From Ruminococcus sp. (lineage in GTDB: Bacteria; Bacillota; Clostridia; Oscillospirales; Acutalibacteraceae): a stretch of 64,000 nt of DNA. Positions 53,572 to 63,437 of the stretch are shown in pieces. Position numbers and translations under genes: made by a program. The notes under the pieces were generated by a model that searched no databases, had not been told where the DNA came from, and saw only the letters and a program-made list of their open reading frames with translations. The stretch is taken from the NCBI GenBank assembly GCA_017473775.1, contig JAFUJH010000050.1, positions 3,455 to 67,454 on the forward strand, written 5' to 3'. Every line of letters begins with the position of its first letter. Position 1 is the stretch's first letter.

Positions 53572-56500
53572 ATGAGAATTTCTAAAATTTCTGCAAGACT
53601 TCTCTCTGTAGTTCTGGCAGTTATGATGCTGTTCTCTCTGGTTACAGTTGGCTTCACAAGCGCATCTGCAGCTAAGGTAGAAGTTGCTGAGACAGGCGCT
53701 ACAATCCCTGAAGGCACAGTTCTTTACCTCAAGCCCAACTCTAACTGGGTACAGTCCAGTGCATGGTTCGCTATGTACACATGGGGCACAGATGCAGCAA
53801 CATGGGTTAAAATGGAAAAGGTTGACGATTCCAGCACAACTGTTTATAAGGCAACCATGCCCGCAGGTACACGCGACAAGGTTATCTTTTGCCGAATGAA
53901 TCCCAGCGCAACTGCTCTTGATTGGGCCAGCAAGTGGGATCAGTCTGTTGATCTTACTTACGATGGCACAAACAACTGCTGGGCACCTGCTTCAGGTCAG
54001 TGGAATAACGCATCCGGTTCCTGGAGCGTTTATTACGAGCCCCAGCCCGCAACTGCTCCTGCAACTCCCGAGGCACCTACAGTTACATTCAACAATACCC
54101 TCGGCGGTACAGGTACAGAGGCTGACCCCTATCTGGTAACTCCCGAAGAGAAGACCAGCATGATCGTTTCCGGTACACTGGGTGAGGCAACAGGTCTTGC
54201 TTACAATGTAAACTACACAGCTTCCAAGGTTGACTGGGCAGCAGGTTCAACTTCTATTCTTTATGAAGACCTTTCTGCTCCTGCTCTTGACGCAACTTTA
54301 GCAGTTAATGTGTACCTCTGGGCATACAACGCAACTGCAACAGATAAGGCTTACTCCGCAGAGTATGCTACAACAACTGTTTACATCAAGGGTTATGTTC
54401 CTGCAGAGTCTTCTGAGGATGAGCCCGTTGTTGACAACACATACGCAATTCCTTACGAGGTAACTGACGGTCTCTATGCTTATGCAGGCACAGAGGTTGC
54501 AGGTACAAACGCATGGCAGAGATGGCACGAGGCTGACGGCATCCGTCACTTCTTCCTGCCCACATCTGCTTCCGCAACAGAAGTAATCGTTCTTAACACA
54601 TACGATGCTGCTGTTCTTCTTAACGGCGTTATGATTCCTGCACATGAGTATGCAACCGTTCCTTATGTTGACGGCACAACATACACTTGCTCCGGTGCAA
54701 CAACACAGCAGGTTTACATTGCTAAGACTGACGCTGAGGGTACACTGTTTGTAAACTCCGCTGACGGTATGACTACTATTAACGATGACGACGCTAAGAC
54801 AGAGACAGAGGTTAATGCAACCTACGACCTCTACGCTTTCCTTACAGGCGGCTCAAAGAACCGCGAGGTTAAGGGTGCATCAGGTGCTGTTGCTTCTGAG
54901 GAGAACGGCATCAACGAAGAGGCTTCCATCAAGAAGATGAAGGGTCGCGGTAATACCACATGGTCCGAGACCAAGAAGCCTTTTAATATCACATACGATA
55001 GCAATATCCAGCTTGACGGCATGAAGGGTAAGAAGTGGTCACTCCTTGCAAACGCAAAGGATGGCTCTCTCCTCAGAAACCGCCTTGTTTTCGATATGGC
55101 TAACGAAATTGGCATGACCTATGCTTGTGATTCCCGTTTTGTTGACTTCTTTGTAAACGGCTATTACAAGGGTTCCTACCAGCTCACTCAGAAGATTGAG
55201 ATGGGTAAGAACACTGTAATGCCCGACCTTACTGAGCCTGAGGTAGAGGATGTAATAGAGGACGACGGTACTATCACAGAGTATCCCAAGTCTGACTTCG
55301 ACTTCATCCTCGAACTCGACACAGAGGAGAACGCAGCAAATGCTGGCGACAAGGGCTTCAACACAACTGAGGGTCAGTGGATGACCTACAAGACTCCCGA
55401 CTCTCCTGCTGCAGAGCAGATTGAGTTCATCAAGGCTAAATATCAGGCACTTGAGGACGCTCTCTACGGCAACGATATGGCAGCACTCGAGCAGATTCTT
55501 GATCTTGACGACTTCGCAAAGGCATACCTTATCAACGAAATTTCCAAGAACATCGACTCCGGTGTTACAAGCTGCTATTTTACATATAACAGCACAACCG
55601 GTATGTTCTACGCATCACCTGTTTGGGACTATGATAACTCTATCGGTAACCTCCCTGACAACAGTGCAAGAACTGATATGAGCGGCAACACTCTTGACCT
55701 TGACGGCCCTGCAGGCTGGTATGCAAGAGAGCTCAAGCACTATGCAAGAAACGCACGCAGCGTATTCTCTCAGGCATGGTACAACACATCCACAACAGCT
55801 GACGGCAAGACCTTCGAGGACATCGTTCTTGAGGTTTGGAACTCCGAGTTTGCTGACATCGTTGATATCCTCAACGGCGAAGCAACTGCTAACGGCAGAC
55901 TCCAGTCCTACGAGGCATACATGGCTAATCTGTCAAAGACAGGTACATGGAACCAGAAGGCAGACGGCGCTTATGTAACTGCTGACTGGAAGGCAAACAA
56001 GACTTCCCTTACAATGTATAGCTTCGATGCAGAGGCTAACACCTACACAACAACTGCTAAGTCATACGATGCTACCTTTGAGGGCGAGACTCAGTATGCT
56101 ACAGACTGGACAATCTCCAGAATCAATTGGATGGCTGCTCAGTATGCAGGCGCAAGCATGGAAGTTCCCGATGGTTATGTTACAATCTACTTCGAGAACA
56201 ACTGGGCATGGCCTGATGCTAAGATTTACTACTGGGGCAGCACCATCGGTACTAACCCCGAGTGGAACGGTATCGCACTTACAAATATTGTAGGTCAGAA
56301 TGATCAGGGATTTGACATCTATGAGATCGTTATCCCTGCTGATATCACAGGTATGCTCTTCAACGGTACAGGTGAGTACGGTGCTGAGCAGTCTGCTGAC
56401 ATCAAGGATAGCAGTTGGGTAGACGGCGGCATCTGCTACTATATGACATACGATGCAGCCACAGATACCAAGCCCTGCGGCACTTATCCTTATACTCCTG

Positions 56501-59500
56501 TAGTTGAGGAGACAACAGCTCCCGCAGAGACAGTTCCTGCAGAGACAACTACAACTGTAGTTGAGGAGACAACAACAGCTGCAACAGCTGACGAGACAAT
56601 TCCTGCAGAGACAACAACTGCTGCTCCCGTAGTTGAAGAGTACATCACAATCTACTTCTCCAACTCATGGGCATGGACAGATGTTCGCGTTCACACATTC
56701 GGCAGTGCTTACGAGGCTGACACAACTTGGCCCGGTAAAGCAATGACACTCCTTTACACCAATGATTACGGCCAGGAAGTTTACTCAGCAACAATTGCTG
56801 CTGACGTAACAGGTATCAACTTCACAGGTCTTGACAATGGTACACTCAAGCAGTCCGCTGACATCGTTCCTGAGGACGGCTACGGCTACTACATGGATTG
56901 GTCAGAGGAAGAGGGCAACCATACAGATAAGTATCTCTATGAGGAGCCCACAGTTGAGACTACAACATCTGCTGCAACAGCAGACGAGACAACTACAGCT
57001 CCTGCAGAGGAGACAACAACCGACGCTGAGGTTTCCGAGCCTGAAACACCTACATATATCACTGTTTATGTTGTTAACTCCGCAAACTGGGCAGAACTTT
57101 ATGCTCATGTATGGGGTGCAACAAGTGCTGCAGATACAACATGGCCCGGCCTTGAAATGACAAAGACAGAAGAGACTGTTAACGGTTTCGAAGTTTACAC
57201 AATCACACTTGAGGCTGATTACACAGGCATTGTATTCAATAACAACAACAATGGTTCACAGACTGCTGACCTCACAATCGAGGATGGTAAGTACTATGAC
57301 ATCAAGAGCAAGGCATGGTACGCTTCTGCTGAAGAAGTTCCTGTACCCGATGATACAGTTGCATCAAATGTATATCTGGCAGGTACAATGAACAGCTGGA
57401 GCACAGTAGCTGACGAGTTTATGTACGCAGGCGAAGGCGAGACAGTTGCTACTCTCACACTGACTCTTGAGGCTAATACAACTTATGAATTCAAGGTTGT
57501 TAAGTCCGGTGCATGGCTTGGTAACGATGGTACAATCACTGAGTCTGTTGAAGGCTGGACAATGAAGGAAGCAGGCGACTGTACACTGACAACTGCAGCT
57601 GCCGGTGAGTATGTATTCGCATTCGACACAGCAACTGACAAGCTTTCTGTTACATATCCTGAATCCACAGATGATCCTGTGGATTCCACAACACCTGATG
57701 AGGAAGAGCCCGAGGATGTTACATATTACATCCACGCTAACTTCAACCTTGACGGTGCAGAGTGGAACGATGTAACTCTCGAAGGCGAAGGCACAGTTAT
57801 TACAGCAACTGTAGAACTTCCTGCTGGCGAGTACAAGTTCAAGATTGCTGATTCCAACGATGTTTGGTACGGCAACAACGGCACATTCACAGACACATGT
57901 GAAGGCTGGACAATGAAGGTTGAGGAAGGCGACTGCACATTCATCGCAACAGGCGGTACTTACACCTTCACATTTGATACAGAGACTAAGAAGGTTTCTG
58001 TTGACGGTGACTACTATGGTATTCACTACGCAGCAACTTGGGACGAGGCTGACATCTTCACAGTTGTAACAGATATGGATGCAACTGCAATTAAGGAGAA
58101 CACAGACTTCACATTTACAGTTGAAGTTCCCGAGGGTTACATCGTAGCAGGCGTTATCGCTAACATGGAGACAATCTATGCTGACGAGAACGGCGTTTAC
58201 ACAATCACAATGACAGAGGATGTTGCAATCCTTGTTGTTACTGCAGAGGAAGTTGTTGTTCCTGAGACAAAGAAGACATTCACTGTAATGTTCGTTGATT
58301 ACGACAACACAATCCTTGCAGTAGCTAAGGTAGAAGAGGGTACAAACCTTCCCACACCTGACGCTCCCACAAGAGATGGTTACGAGTTCACTGGTTGGAG
58401 CCAGACAACTGACAATGTAACTAAGGATATGATCGTAGTTGCACAGTACAAGAAGATCGTAACACCCGTAGAGCCCGCAACAGAGGGAACTCTGAGAATT
58501 GAGGTAGCAGGCGGCACAGGCTTCACAATTGCTATTGGCGAAGGCAACGCAAGACCTCAGGGTACATCCTACATGAACACCAAGGCACCTATCGGCGCAA
58601 CAGTAACAGTAGTTGCAAACGCATCTGAGAATACATTCCTTGGATGGGTTAATGCAAATGGCCTTATCGTTTCCACAGATGCAACATACAGCTTCACAAC
58701 AACAGGTGACGACTATCTGAAGGCAATGTATCAGACAGATATCGCAGAGGCAACTCTCGTAATCTTCAAGAATGACAAGGCTAACCAGATTCTTGATATG
58801 CAGTACTATGTAGCAGGCGACGAGATTACATTCCCTGCATATCCCACTAACGCATCTTACCTTGCAACAGGCTGGACAATGAGTGCTGAAGAAATTGCAG
58901 CAGCAGTAGCAGCAGGTGAGGCAGTAGTAGTAACACCCGTATGGGAGAGAATTCTTGTATACGTTAACGTAACAGTTAACGGCGGTACTGCAACAGGTAT
59001 CACAGACGGCAAGGCTCTCAAATATAGTCAGGTTATAGCCACAGCAGAGGCAGCACCTGCAGGCCAGAAGTTTGCATACTGGGCAGACGAGAACGGTAAC
59101 ATACTCAGCTATCTTGCAACATACACATTCTATCCCGGTGAGGATATTACAGTAACATCAGTTTATGTTGCTGAGGATGCAGAGATTGAGTATGAGATTA
59201 TCCTTAACTTTGTTATGGATACATCAGCTGAAAGCCCCGACACTAACCCCTTGATGCTTTCATGGGAAGTAATCGAGTCCGATACAGTTAAGTTTGTACA
59301 GGCAGGTGCACTTGTTGTAGAGAGTTCCAAGTACAACGAGACAACATTCGTTAAGGGTACAACTGATACAAACGTAACCAAGTGGACACCCGGTGCAGCA
59401 AACCAGATTCCTGTTAAGACTATTTCAGCTAACAAGAAGGGTGTTGCAAACGGAAGTACATGGATTGGTCAGGGTTGGATCACTGTTGAAATCAATGGTG

Positions 59501-59547
59501 AACAGAAGACAATCTACACAGATCTTATGTACTTCGAAAAACTTTAA
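53572..59547 (+). CDS. Giant secreted CotH-domain protein with several starch-binding-like (CBM25/26-type) modules and Listeria/Bacteroides-type B-repeats
   Basis: - Signal peptide (..FTSASA/AK).
- CotH-like core at about aa 430-860 (KKPFNITY...KKWSLLANAKDGSLLRNRLVFDMA...VDFFVNGYYKGSYQLTQKIE).
- Three Y[IV]T[IV]Y..N...W......W-type modules at aa ~869, ~1024 and ~1162, separated by T/E/A-rich linkers.
- Two further beta-sandwich repeats at aa ~1265-1480.
- B-repeat units (DGYEFTGW). Confidence 0.8.
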   Translation: MRISKISARLLSVVLAVMMLFSLVTVGFTSASAAKVEVAETGATIPEGTVLYLKPNSNWVQSSAWFAMYTWGTDAATWVKMEKVDDSSTTVYKATMPAGTRDKVIFCRMNPSATALDWASKWDQSVDLTYDGTNNCWAPASGQWNNASGSWSVYYEPQPATAPATPEAPTVTFNNTLGGTGTEADPYLVTPEEKTSMIVSGTLGEATGLAYNVNYTASKVDWAAGSTSILYEDLSAPALDATLAVNVYLWAYNATATDKAYSAEYATTTVYIKGYVPAESSEDEPVVDNTYAIPYEVTDGLYAYAGTEVAGTNAWQRWHEADGIRHFFLPTSASATEVIVLNTYDAAVLLNGVMIPAHEYATVPYVDGTTYTCSGATTQQVYIAKTDAEGTLFVNSADGMTTINDDDAKTETEVNATYDLYAFLTGGSKNREVKGASGAVASEENGINEEASIKKMKGRGNTTWSETKKPFNITYDSNIQLDGMKGKKWSLLANAKDGSLLRNRLVFDMANEIGMTYACDSRFVDFFVNGYYKGSYQLTQKIEMGKNTVMPDLTEPEVEDVIEDDGTITEYPKSDFDFILELDTEENAANAGDKGFNTTEGQWMTYKTPDSPAAEQIEFIKAKYQALEDALYGNDMAALEQILDLDDFAKAYLINEISKNIDSGVTSCYFTYNSTTGMFYASPVWDYDNSIGNLPDNSARTDMSGNTLDLDGPAGWYARELKHYARNARSVFSQAWYNTSTTADGKTFEDIVLEVWNSEFADIVDILNGEATANGRLQSYEAYMANLSKTGTWNQKADGAYVTADWKANKTSLTMYSFDAEANTYTTTAKSYDATFEGETQYATDWTISRINWMAAQYAGASMEVPDGYVTIYFENNWAWPDAKIYYWGSTIGTNPEWNGIALTNIVGQNDQGFDIYEIVIPADITGMLFNGTGEYGAEQSADIKDSSWVDGGICYYMTYDAATDTKPCGTYPYTPVVEETTAPAETVPAETTTTVVEETTTAATADETIPAETTTAAPVVEEYITIYFSNSWAWTDVRVHTFGSAYEADTTWPGKAMTLLYTNDYGQEVYSATIAADVTGINFTGLDNGTLKQSADIVPEDGYGYYMDWSEEEGNHTDKYLYEEPTVETTTSAATADETTTAPAEETTTDAEVSEPETPTYITVYVVNSANWAELYAHVWGATSAADTTWPGLEMTKTEETVNGFEVYTITLEADYTGIVFNNNNNGSQTADLTIEDGKYYDIKSKAWYASAEEVPVPDDTVASNVYLAGTMNSWSTVADEFMYAGEGETVATLTLTLEANTTYEFKVVKSGAWLGNDGTITESVEGWTMKEAGDCTLTTAAAGEYVFAFDTATDKLSVTYPESTDDPVDSTTPDEEEPEDVTYYIHANFNLDGAEWNDVTLEGEGTVITATVELPAGEYKFKIADSNDVWYGNNGTFTDTCEGWTMKVEEGDCTFIATGGTYTFTFDTETKKVSVDGDYYGIHYAATWDEADIFTVVTDMDATAIKENTDFTFTVEVPEGYIVAGVIANMETIYADENGVYTITMTEDVAILVVTAEEVVVPETKKTFTVMFVDYDNTILAVAKVEEGTNLPTPDAPTRDGYEFTGWSQTTDNVTKDMIVVAQYKKIVTPVEPATEGTLRIEVAGGTGFTIAIGEGNARPQGTSYMNTKAPIGATVTVVANASENTFLGWVNANGLIVSTDATYSFTTTGDDYLKAMYQTDIAEATLVIFKNDKANQILDMQYYVAGDEITFPAYPTNASYLATGWTMSAEEIAAAVAAGEAVVVTPVWERILVYVNVTVNGGTATGITDGKALKYSQVIATAEAAPAGQKFAYWADENGNILSYLATYTFYPGEDITVTSVYVAEDAEIEYEIILNFVMDTSAESPDTNPLMLSWEVIESDTVKFVQAGALVVESSKYNETTFVKGTTDTNVTKWTPGAANQIPVKTISANKKGVANGSTWIGQGWITVEINGEQKTIYTDLMYFEKL

Positions 59548-59606
59548 TTGACCTACATAGAGTCGTATCTTAAAGTTTAAGACGTCAGAGATAATCTGAC
59601 GATATG

Positions 59607-59650
59607 AAAATCCCCCGACAGATTTCTGTCGGGGGATTGAATTGTTTCAA
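59607..59650 (+). terminator. Terminator after the giant gene
   Basis: 13-bp stem ATCCCCCGACAGA/TCTGTCGGGGGAT. Confidence 0.75.
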
Positions 59651-59751
59651 TACATTAATGCTCAAAGAATTGCGTAAATGATTTGTTTTTCTTCTTTCAT
59701 GACAAAGTGTACATAGGGATACAAAACTATATTATGATGTAATATAAAAGC

Positions 59752-59789
59752 AAAAAAAGAAGAGGCGATAAACGCCTCTTTCTTTTTTA
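59752..59789. terminator. Bidirectional terminator (ends the minus-strand peptide gene)
   Basis: An A-run, then AAGAGGCG ataaa CGCCTCTT, then TCTTTTTT. Confidence 0.75.
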
Positions 59790-59805
59790 ATGTTAAATTA
59801 AGAGA

Positions 59806-59940
59806 TTAGAGATCGCCCTCGGAATCAACACCAGGTGCCTCTGTTACAACAGGTGCCTGTGTGGGCTCAACAGTAGAAGCAACGATAACATCCTCAGCCT
59901 CGAACATTACGATCTCCATCTCAGGTGCTACATATTTCAT
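59806..59940 (-). CDS. 44-aa small acidic peptide, paralog 1 (unlisted ORF)
   Basis: MKYVAPEMEIVMFEAEDVIVASTVEPTQAPVVTEAPGVDSEGDL, with an AAGGAGGTG RBS, its own promoter and a terminator. Confidence 0.7.
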   Translation of the reverse strand: MKYVAPEMEIVMFEAEDVIVASTVEPTQAPVVTEAPGVDSEGDL

Positions 59941-59971
59941 TCTAAATTCACCTCCTTATATTAATATAATA

Positions 59972-60000
59972 ATAGTACAACAATTGAATGGTATTGTCAA
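59972..60000 (-). promoter_or_regulatory. Near-consensus sigma-A promoter for peptide paralog 1
   Basis: On the minus strand: TTGACA, 17 nt, TGTACTAT. Confidence 0.65.
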
Positions 60001-60370
60001 TATTTTTGTAAATATTTTTACATAAATTTCTGCAATTGATTTTAATTATGTTATGATTTAAAAAGTGCTTTAAAGTCGTCCGATAAAATTCGGATATGTA
60101 CTGCATAAAGCTGTGTTTTGTTGTGGCTTTAAGCTTGGAAGCTCTGTCTGCTCTGAGTATATTTTATAATCACTTTTGTATTTAAATGAGTAGTTTTTAC
60201 TACCCGCATAAGTAAACGGATAGTAAAAGTGATTATCGTTTGTTACAGAATTGTATAACAGACGAGAGGCTATATGTACGATGTAATTCTTAAACACAAT
60301 ATATTGGTGCTTTGCTGATCATTCAATCACAAAATATCTTTATAATTTTTTAAAATTTTCTAAATAGTAG

Positions 60371-60399
60371 TTGAAAAATAGATATTATTATTGTATAAT
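60371..60399 (+). promoter_or_regulatory. Near-consensus sigma-A promoter for peptide paralog 2
   Basis: TTGAAA, 17 nt, TGTATAAT. Confidence 0.7.
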
Positions 60400-60434
60400 A
60401 ATAAAAAATATAACTATAGGTGGTGAATTGAATA

Positions 60435-60557
60435 ATGAAATACACAGCACCCGAAATGAAGTTTGTTATGTTCGAGGCTGAGGAGGTTATCGTTGCTTCT
60501 GCTGTTGTTGAGACTACTACAACTGAGGAAGAAGTAATCGGCGGCGTTACAGACTAA
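60435..60557 (+). CDS. 40-aa small acidic peptide, paralog 2 (unlisted ORF)
   Basis: MKYTAPEMKFVMFEAEEVIVASAVVETTTTEEEVIGGVTD, with a GGTGGTG RBS. 18 of the first 22 residues are identical to paralog 1. Confidence 0.7.
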   Translation: MKYTAPEMKFVMFEAEEVIVASAVVETTTTEEEVIGGVTD

Positions 60558-60579
60558 TTTTTTACAGTTAAAAAGGCAT

Positions 60580-60613
60580 GCACAGGCGGTATTAATCGCC
60601 TGTGCCTTTTTTA
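60580..60613 (+). terminator. Terminator after peptide paralog 2
   Basis: GCACAGGCG gtattaat CGCCTGTGC followed by CTTTTTT. Confidence 0.8.
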
Positions 60614-60743
60614 TATAGATTTTTTTCAGCTCCTGGTATTCTGACTTTAATTTTTGTATTGAAAAAAACGAGCCTTTGATGTATGATAATATTACTACTA
60701 TAAATTGAGTGAATTGAGAAAGAATTTAAGGAGAAGATATAAT

Positions 60744-61601
60744 ATGAAAAGATTATTAGTACAGCTTTTACTTGTTATTATGTGCGTGTGCCTTGTACTA
60801 ACCAGCACAGCTTGCAACGGCTCTGGGGATAATGATACAACCACCACAGGGGTACAGAACACAACTGCATCAGAGAATACTCAGGAGGGTGATTCTACTG
60901 TTGCTGCAGGAGCTACCGAGCAGCCTGCAAGTCCTTCTGAGAGGGGTGACGCAGATACAGCCGCTGTTGTTCCTGAATCAGCCAAGGTGTCTGCAGATTA
61001 TTTTGATAATACAGCCTTTGTTGGCGACTCTGTCAGCCTCAAGCTCAGCTATTATGCGGCGGCTACAGGTGCACTCGGTAAGGCTCAGTTCTTCACAGCA
61101 GGCTCTCTGGGCTGTGCAAATGCACTGTGGGAGGTTTCTGATGAGTCTGTACATCCCTCATATCAGGGCACAAAGATGTTGGTTGAGGATTGCGTTGCTG
61201 CCTCCGGTGCAGATACACTCTACATTATGCTTGGTATGAACGATATCGGTCTTTATGGCATTGATGATACTATCGAGAACTACAAGACACTTTTGGGCAA
61301 AATAACAGCAAAGTCACCCCAGATTAAGATTGTTGTTCAGTCGATGACTCCTATGACAGAGACCAGCACCATTCTGGGTGATAGCCTCAACAACGAGAAC
61401 ATCAAGATATACAACAGCTGTCTCAGTCAGATGTGCTCTGACAATGGTTGGGCTTTTGTAGATGTGGCATCTGTGATGTATGACGCACAGGGAGTAAATC
61501 TTAACCGTGACTTCTGCAGTGACCCTGACGGCTTAGGTGTACACTTCACCGAAGCAGGCTGTGAGAAGTGGGTAGAGTACCTCTCTACTCATACACCCTG
61601 A
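60744..61601 (+). CDS. SGNH/GDSL-family hydrolase lipoprotein
   Basis: Lipoprotein-like signal (LVLTSTAC), GDS block (FVGDSVS), GxND block (LGMNDIG) and a C-terminal H block. Confidence 0.75.
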   Translation: MKRLLVQLLLVIMCVCLVLTSTACNGSGDNDTTTTGVQNTTASENTQEGDSTVAAGATEQPASPSERGDADTAAVVPESAKVSADYFDNTAFVGDSVSLKLSYYAAATGALGKAQFFTAGSLGCANALWEVSDESVHPSYQGTKMLVEDCVAASGADTLYIMLGMNDIGLYGIDDTIENYKTLLGKITAKSPQIKIVVQSMTPMTETSTILGDSLNNENIKIYNSCLSQMCSDNGWAFVDVASVMYDAQGVNLNRDFCSDPDGLGVHFTEAGCEKWVEYLSTHTP

Positions 61602-61623
61602 GATAATAGGGGAGGATATTAAT

Positions 61624-62109
61624 ATGAAAAGACTTATCGGTGCAGTGCTTGCACTTATGATGATATTTGCACTTTGCGCTTGTTCAGACAGCAATGATAA
61701 CACCGCCGTGGATATTGCATCTGTAAAAGCAGAGATTATCTCTGAGCTTAAAATGGATGGCACAATGGATATCGACTCCTCCAGACTCCTTGACCTTTAC
61801 GGTATTGAGGAGGCTTGGATTGCGGATTCTCAGTGCTTTGTCACAATGGACGGAGTTTTCCCTGACGAGGTAATTATGGTCAGAGCTGCTGATAAATCTG
61901 CAGTGTCAAAGATTGAAGAAAAGCTTGAGGCAAGACTCAGCGAGGTTAAGGTACAGTCCCAGAGCTACGACCCCGAGAACTACGCCATTGCACAGGAGTG
62001 CGAGGTTATTACCCACGGCACAGTGGTAGCACTTTTCCTTTCTCCCGACCATCAGGTAATGGAGAAAATCTTCGAGACAACCCCCGATGTAGAAATCACA
62101 CAGGGATAA
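61624..62109 (+). CDS. DUF4358-family lipoprotein
   Basis: Lipobox ALCACS, 161 aa. It is the common partner of SGNH hydrolases in Clostridia. Confidence 0.65.
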   Translation: MKRLIGAVLALMMIFALCACSDSNDNTAVDIASVKAEIISELKMDGTMDIDSSRLLDLYGIEEAWIADSQCFVTMDGVFPDEVIMVRAADKSAVSKIEEKLEARLSEVKVQSQSYDPENYAIAQECEVITHGTVVALFLSPDHQVMEKIFETTPDVEITQG

Positions 62110-62127
62110 AATTGACAGAATAAACGC

Positions 62128-62162
62128 AAAGACCGCCTGTTTTAACGACAGGCGGTTTTCGT
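62128..62162. terminator. Bidirectional terminator
   Basis: ACCGCCTGT tttaacg ACAGGCGGT followed by TTTT. Confidence 0.8.
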
Positions 62163-62194
62163 GTATATATTTAGTTTTCTGTGATTTCTGATGT

Positions 62195-62623
62195 TCAATC
62201 GGTCAGCAGTCTGATGGCTTGTTTGTATTTTTCAACACGTTGCAGGGCTTTTTCATCAACGGTATCAAGTCTGCTCAGGTCGCTGTTGTGCCTTAAATCC
62301 GCAAGTTTGACTGCCCTTGCAATGGGGTTTGTTTTGATTTTCGCCACATAATCCATATAGGGCACTTCGGGTGAGTGAGTCATCAGCGCGATAGCCTCAA
62401 GTATATCCTCGTTGAAGCCCTGCTCTCTTAGGTGTTCAATGGTCAGGTCTGTGTCCTCGATGGTGTCGTGGAGCAGTGCAACTACTGTAGTGGTTTCGTC
62501 CTCCATCTGCTCAGCAAGATGAAAAGGGTGAAACACATAGGGCAGACCGCTTTTGTCCCTTTGCTCTTTGTGTGCATCAAAACAAATGCACAAGGCTTTC
62601 TTTGTCATTTCAGTGTATATCAT
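62195..62623 (-). CDS. HD-domain protein resembling small (p)ppGpp hydrolases (RelA/SpoT hydrolase domain only)
   Basis: 142 aa with the motifs H..H(FHPFH), ALLHDTIEDT and KLADLRHN. Confidence 0.7.
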   Translation of the reverse strand: MIYTEMTKKALCICFDAHKEQRDKSGLPYVFHPFHLAEQMEDETTTVVALLHDTIEDTDLTIEHLREQGFNEDILEAIALMTHSPEVPYMDYVAKIKTNPIARAVKLADLRHNSDLSRLDTVDEKALQRVEKYKQAIRLLTD

Positions 62624-62714
62624 TTTACCACCTCAGATATACTATAACATATTTACACAAATAAGCAAGTCCGCTGTTTTTCTCACCTGCGGACTTTTGG
62701 TTTTAGTTGACTTA

Positions 62715-63275
62715 TTATACTATGGTTGCGTTTTGCAGTTGCTCTATGATGTATGCGTGGACATCAGGACTTATGTATCTGTCTTTGCCGAAGATAGTGT
62801 TGTGTGCCATGCCTGTAGGGTCCTCAAGTATCTCCCAATATTCTTCGTTTGTGGGGTAGATGTATGATGTAAACTCTTCATCATCAATCACACCTTCGTA
62901 ATGAGGGGCGGCTTTGCTGGCAGGCCAGTAGTAGTTTTTGCCGTTTGTAAGTCCCTCGGTTTGGTTTGTATCGGGACCGATATACCTGAGCACAGACCAG
63001 TCCTCTTTTATATTCATCGCCATAACCTGATTCAGATACTCTGTAAAAAGGTCGTATATATAAGGCTGTGTGATGAACCTGTCTGCGATTTCCCTGACTT
63101 TTCTGTAGTATTCCTCATAACTGTCATATCCGTAGGGTATAAGACATTCGTTGTCAGAGGTGTATTTGTTTACTATGTCGAGCAATTGTGAGGGATAACT
63201 GAATACCTCACCGCCGTGTTCACTGCAGTAGGGGAGCAGGTTGTATTTTCTGTGGGAATCGGGAATATATGCCAT
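62715..63275 (-). CDS. Hypothetical protein
   Basis: ATG 63275 behind GGAGGTG, 186 aa, Tyr/Glu-rich. No family recognised. Confidence 0.5.
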   Translation of the reverse strand: MAYIPDSHRKYNLLPYCSEHGGEVFSYPSQLLDIVNKYTSDNECLIPYGYDSYEEYYRKVREIADRFITQPYIYDLFTEYLNQVMAMNIKEDWSVLRYIGPDTNQTEGLTNGKNYYWPASKAAPHYEGVIDDEEFTSYIYPTNEEYWEILEDPTGMAHNTIFGKDRYISPDVHAYIIEQLQNATIV

Positions 63276-63351
63276 TGTAACACCTCCGTTTGTTCTGTCT
63301 ATAGAATACCATAACCTGTGTACCATAAACAGGACAGTGGTTAAAGGGACG

Positions 63352-63380
63352 AAAAAACTCCTGCAGATTAGGGCAGGAGT
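63352..63380 (-). terminator. Terminator after the 63438-63854 gene
   Basis: On the minus strand: CTCCTGC ... GCAGGAG followed by TTTTTT. Confidence 0.65.
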
Positions 63381-63437
63381 AGGGTTTGCGTATGTGTTAA
63401 TGTGGGAGAGTAAAGATTATTGTCAGGGATTGGTTGG

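Noticed and set aside
60070-60297. 75-aa minus-strand ORF between the two small-peptide genes
   Set aside because: It has a GTG start without an RBS, lies in a very AT-rich promoter region, and has Tyr/Asn/Lys-biased composition typical of AT-rich non-coding DNA.
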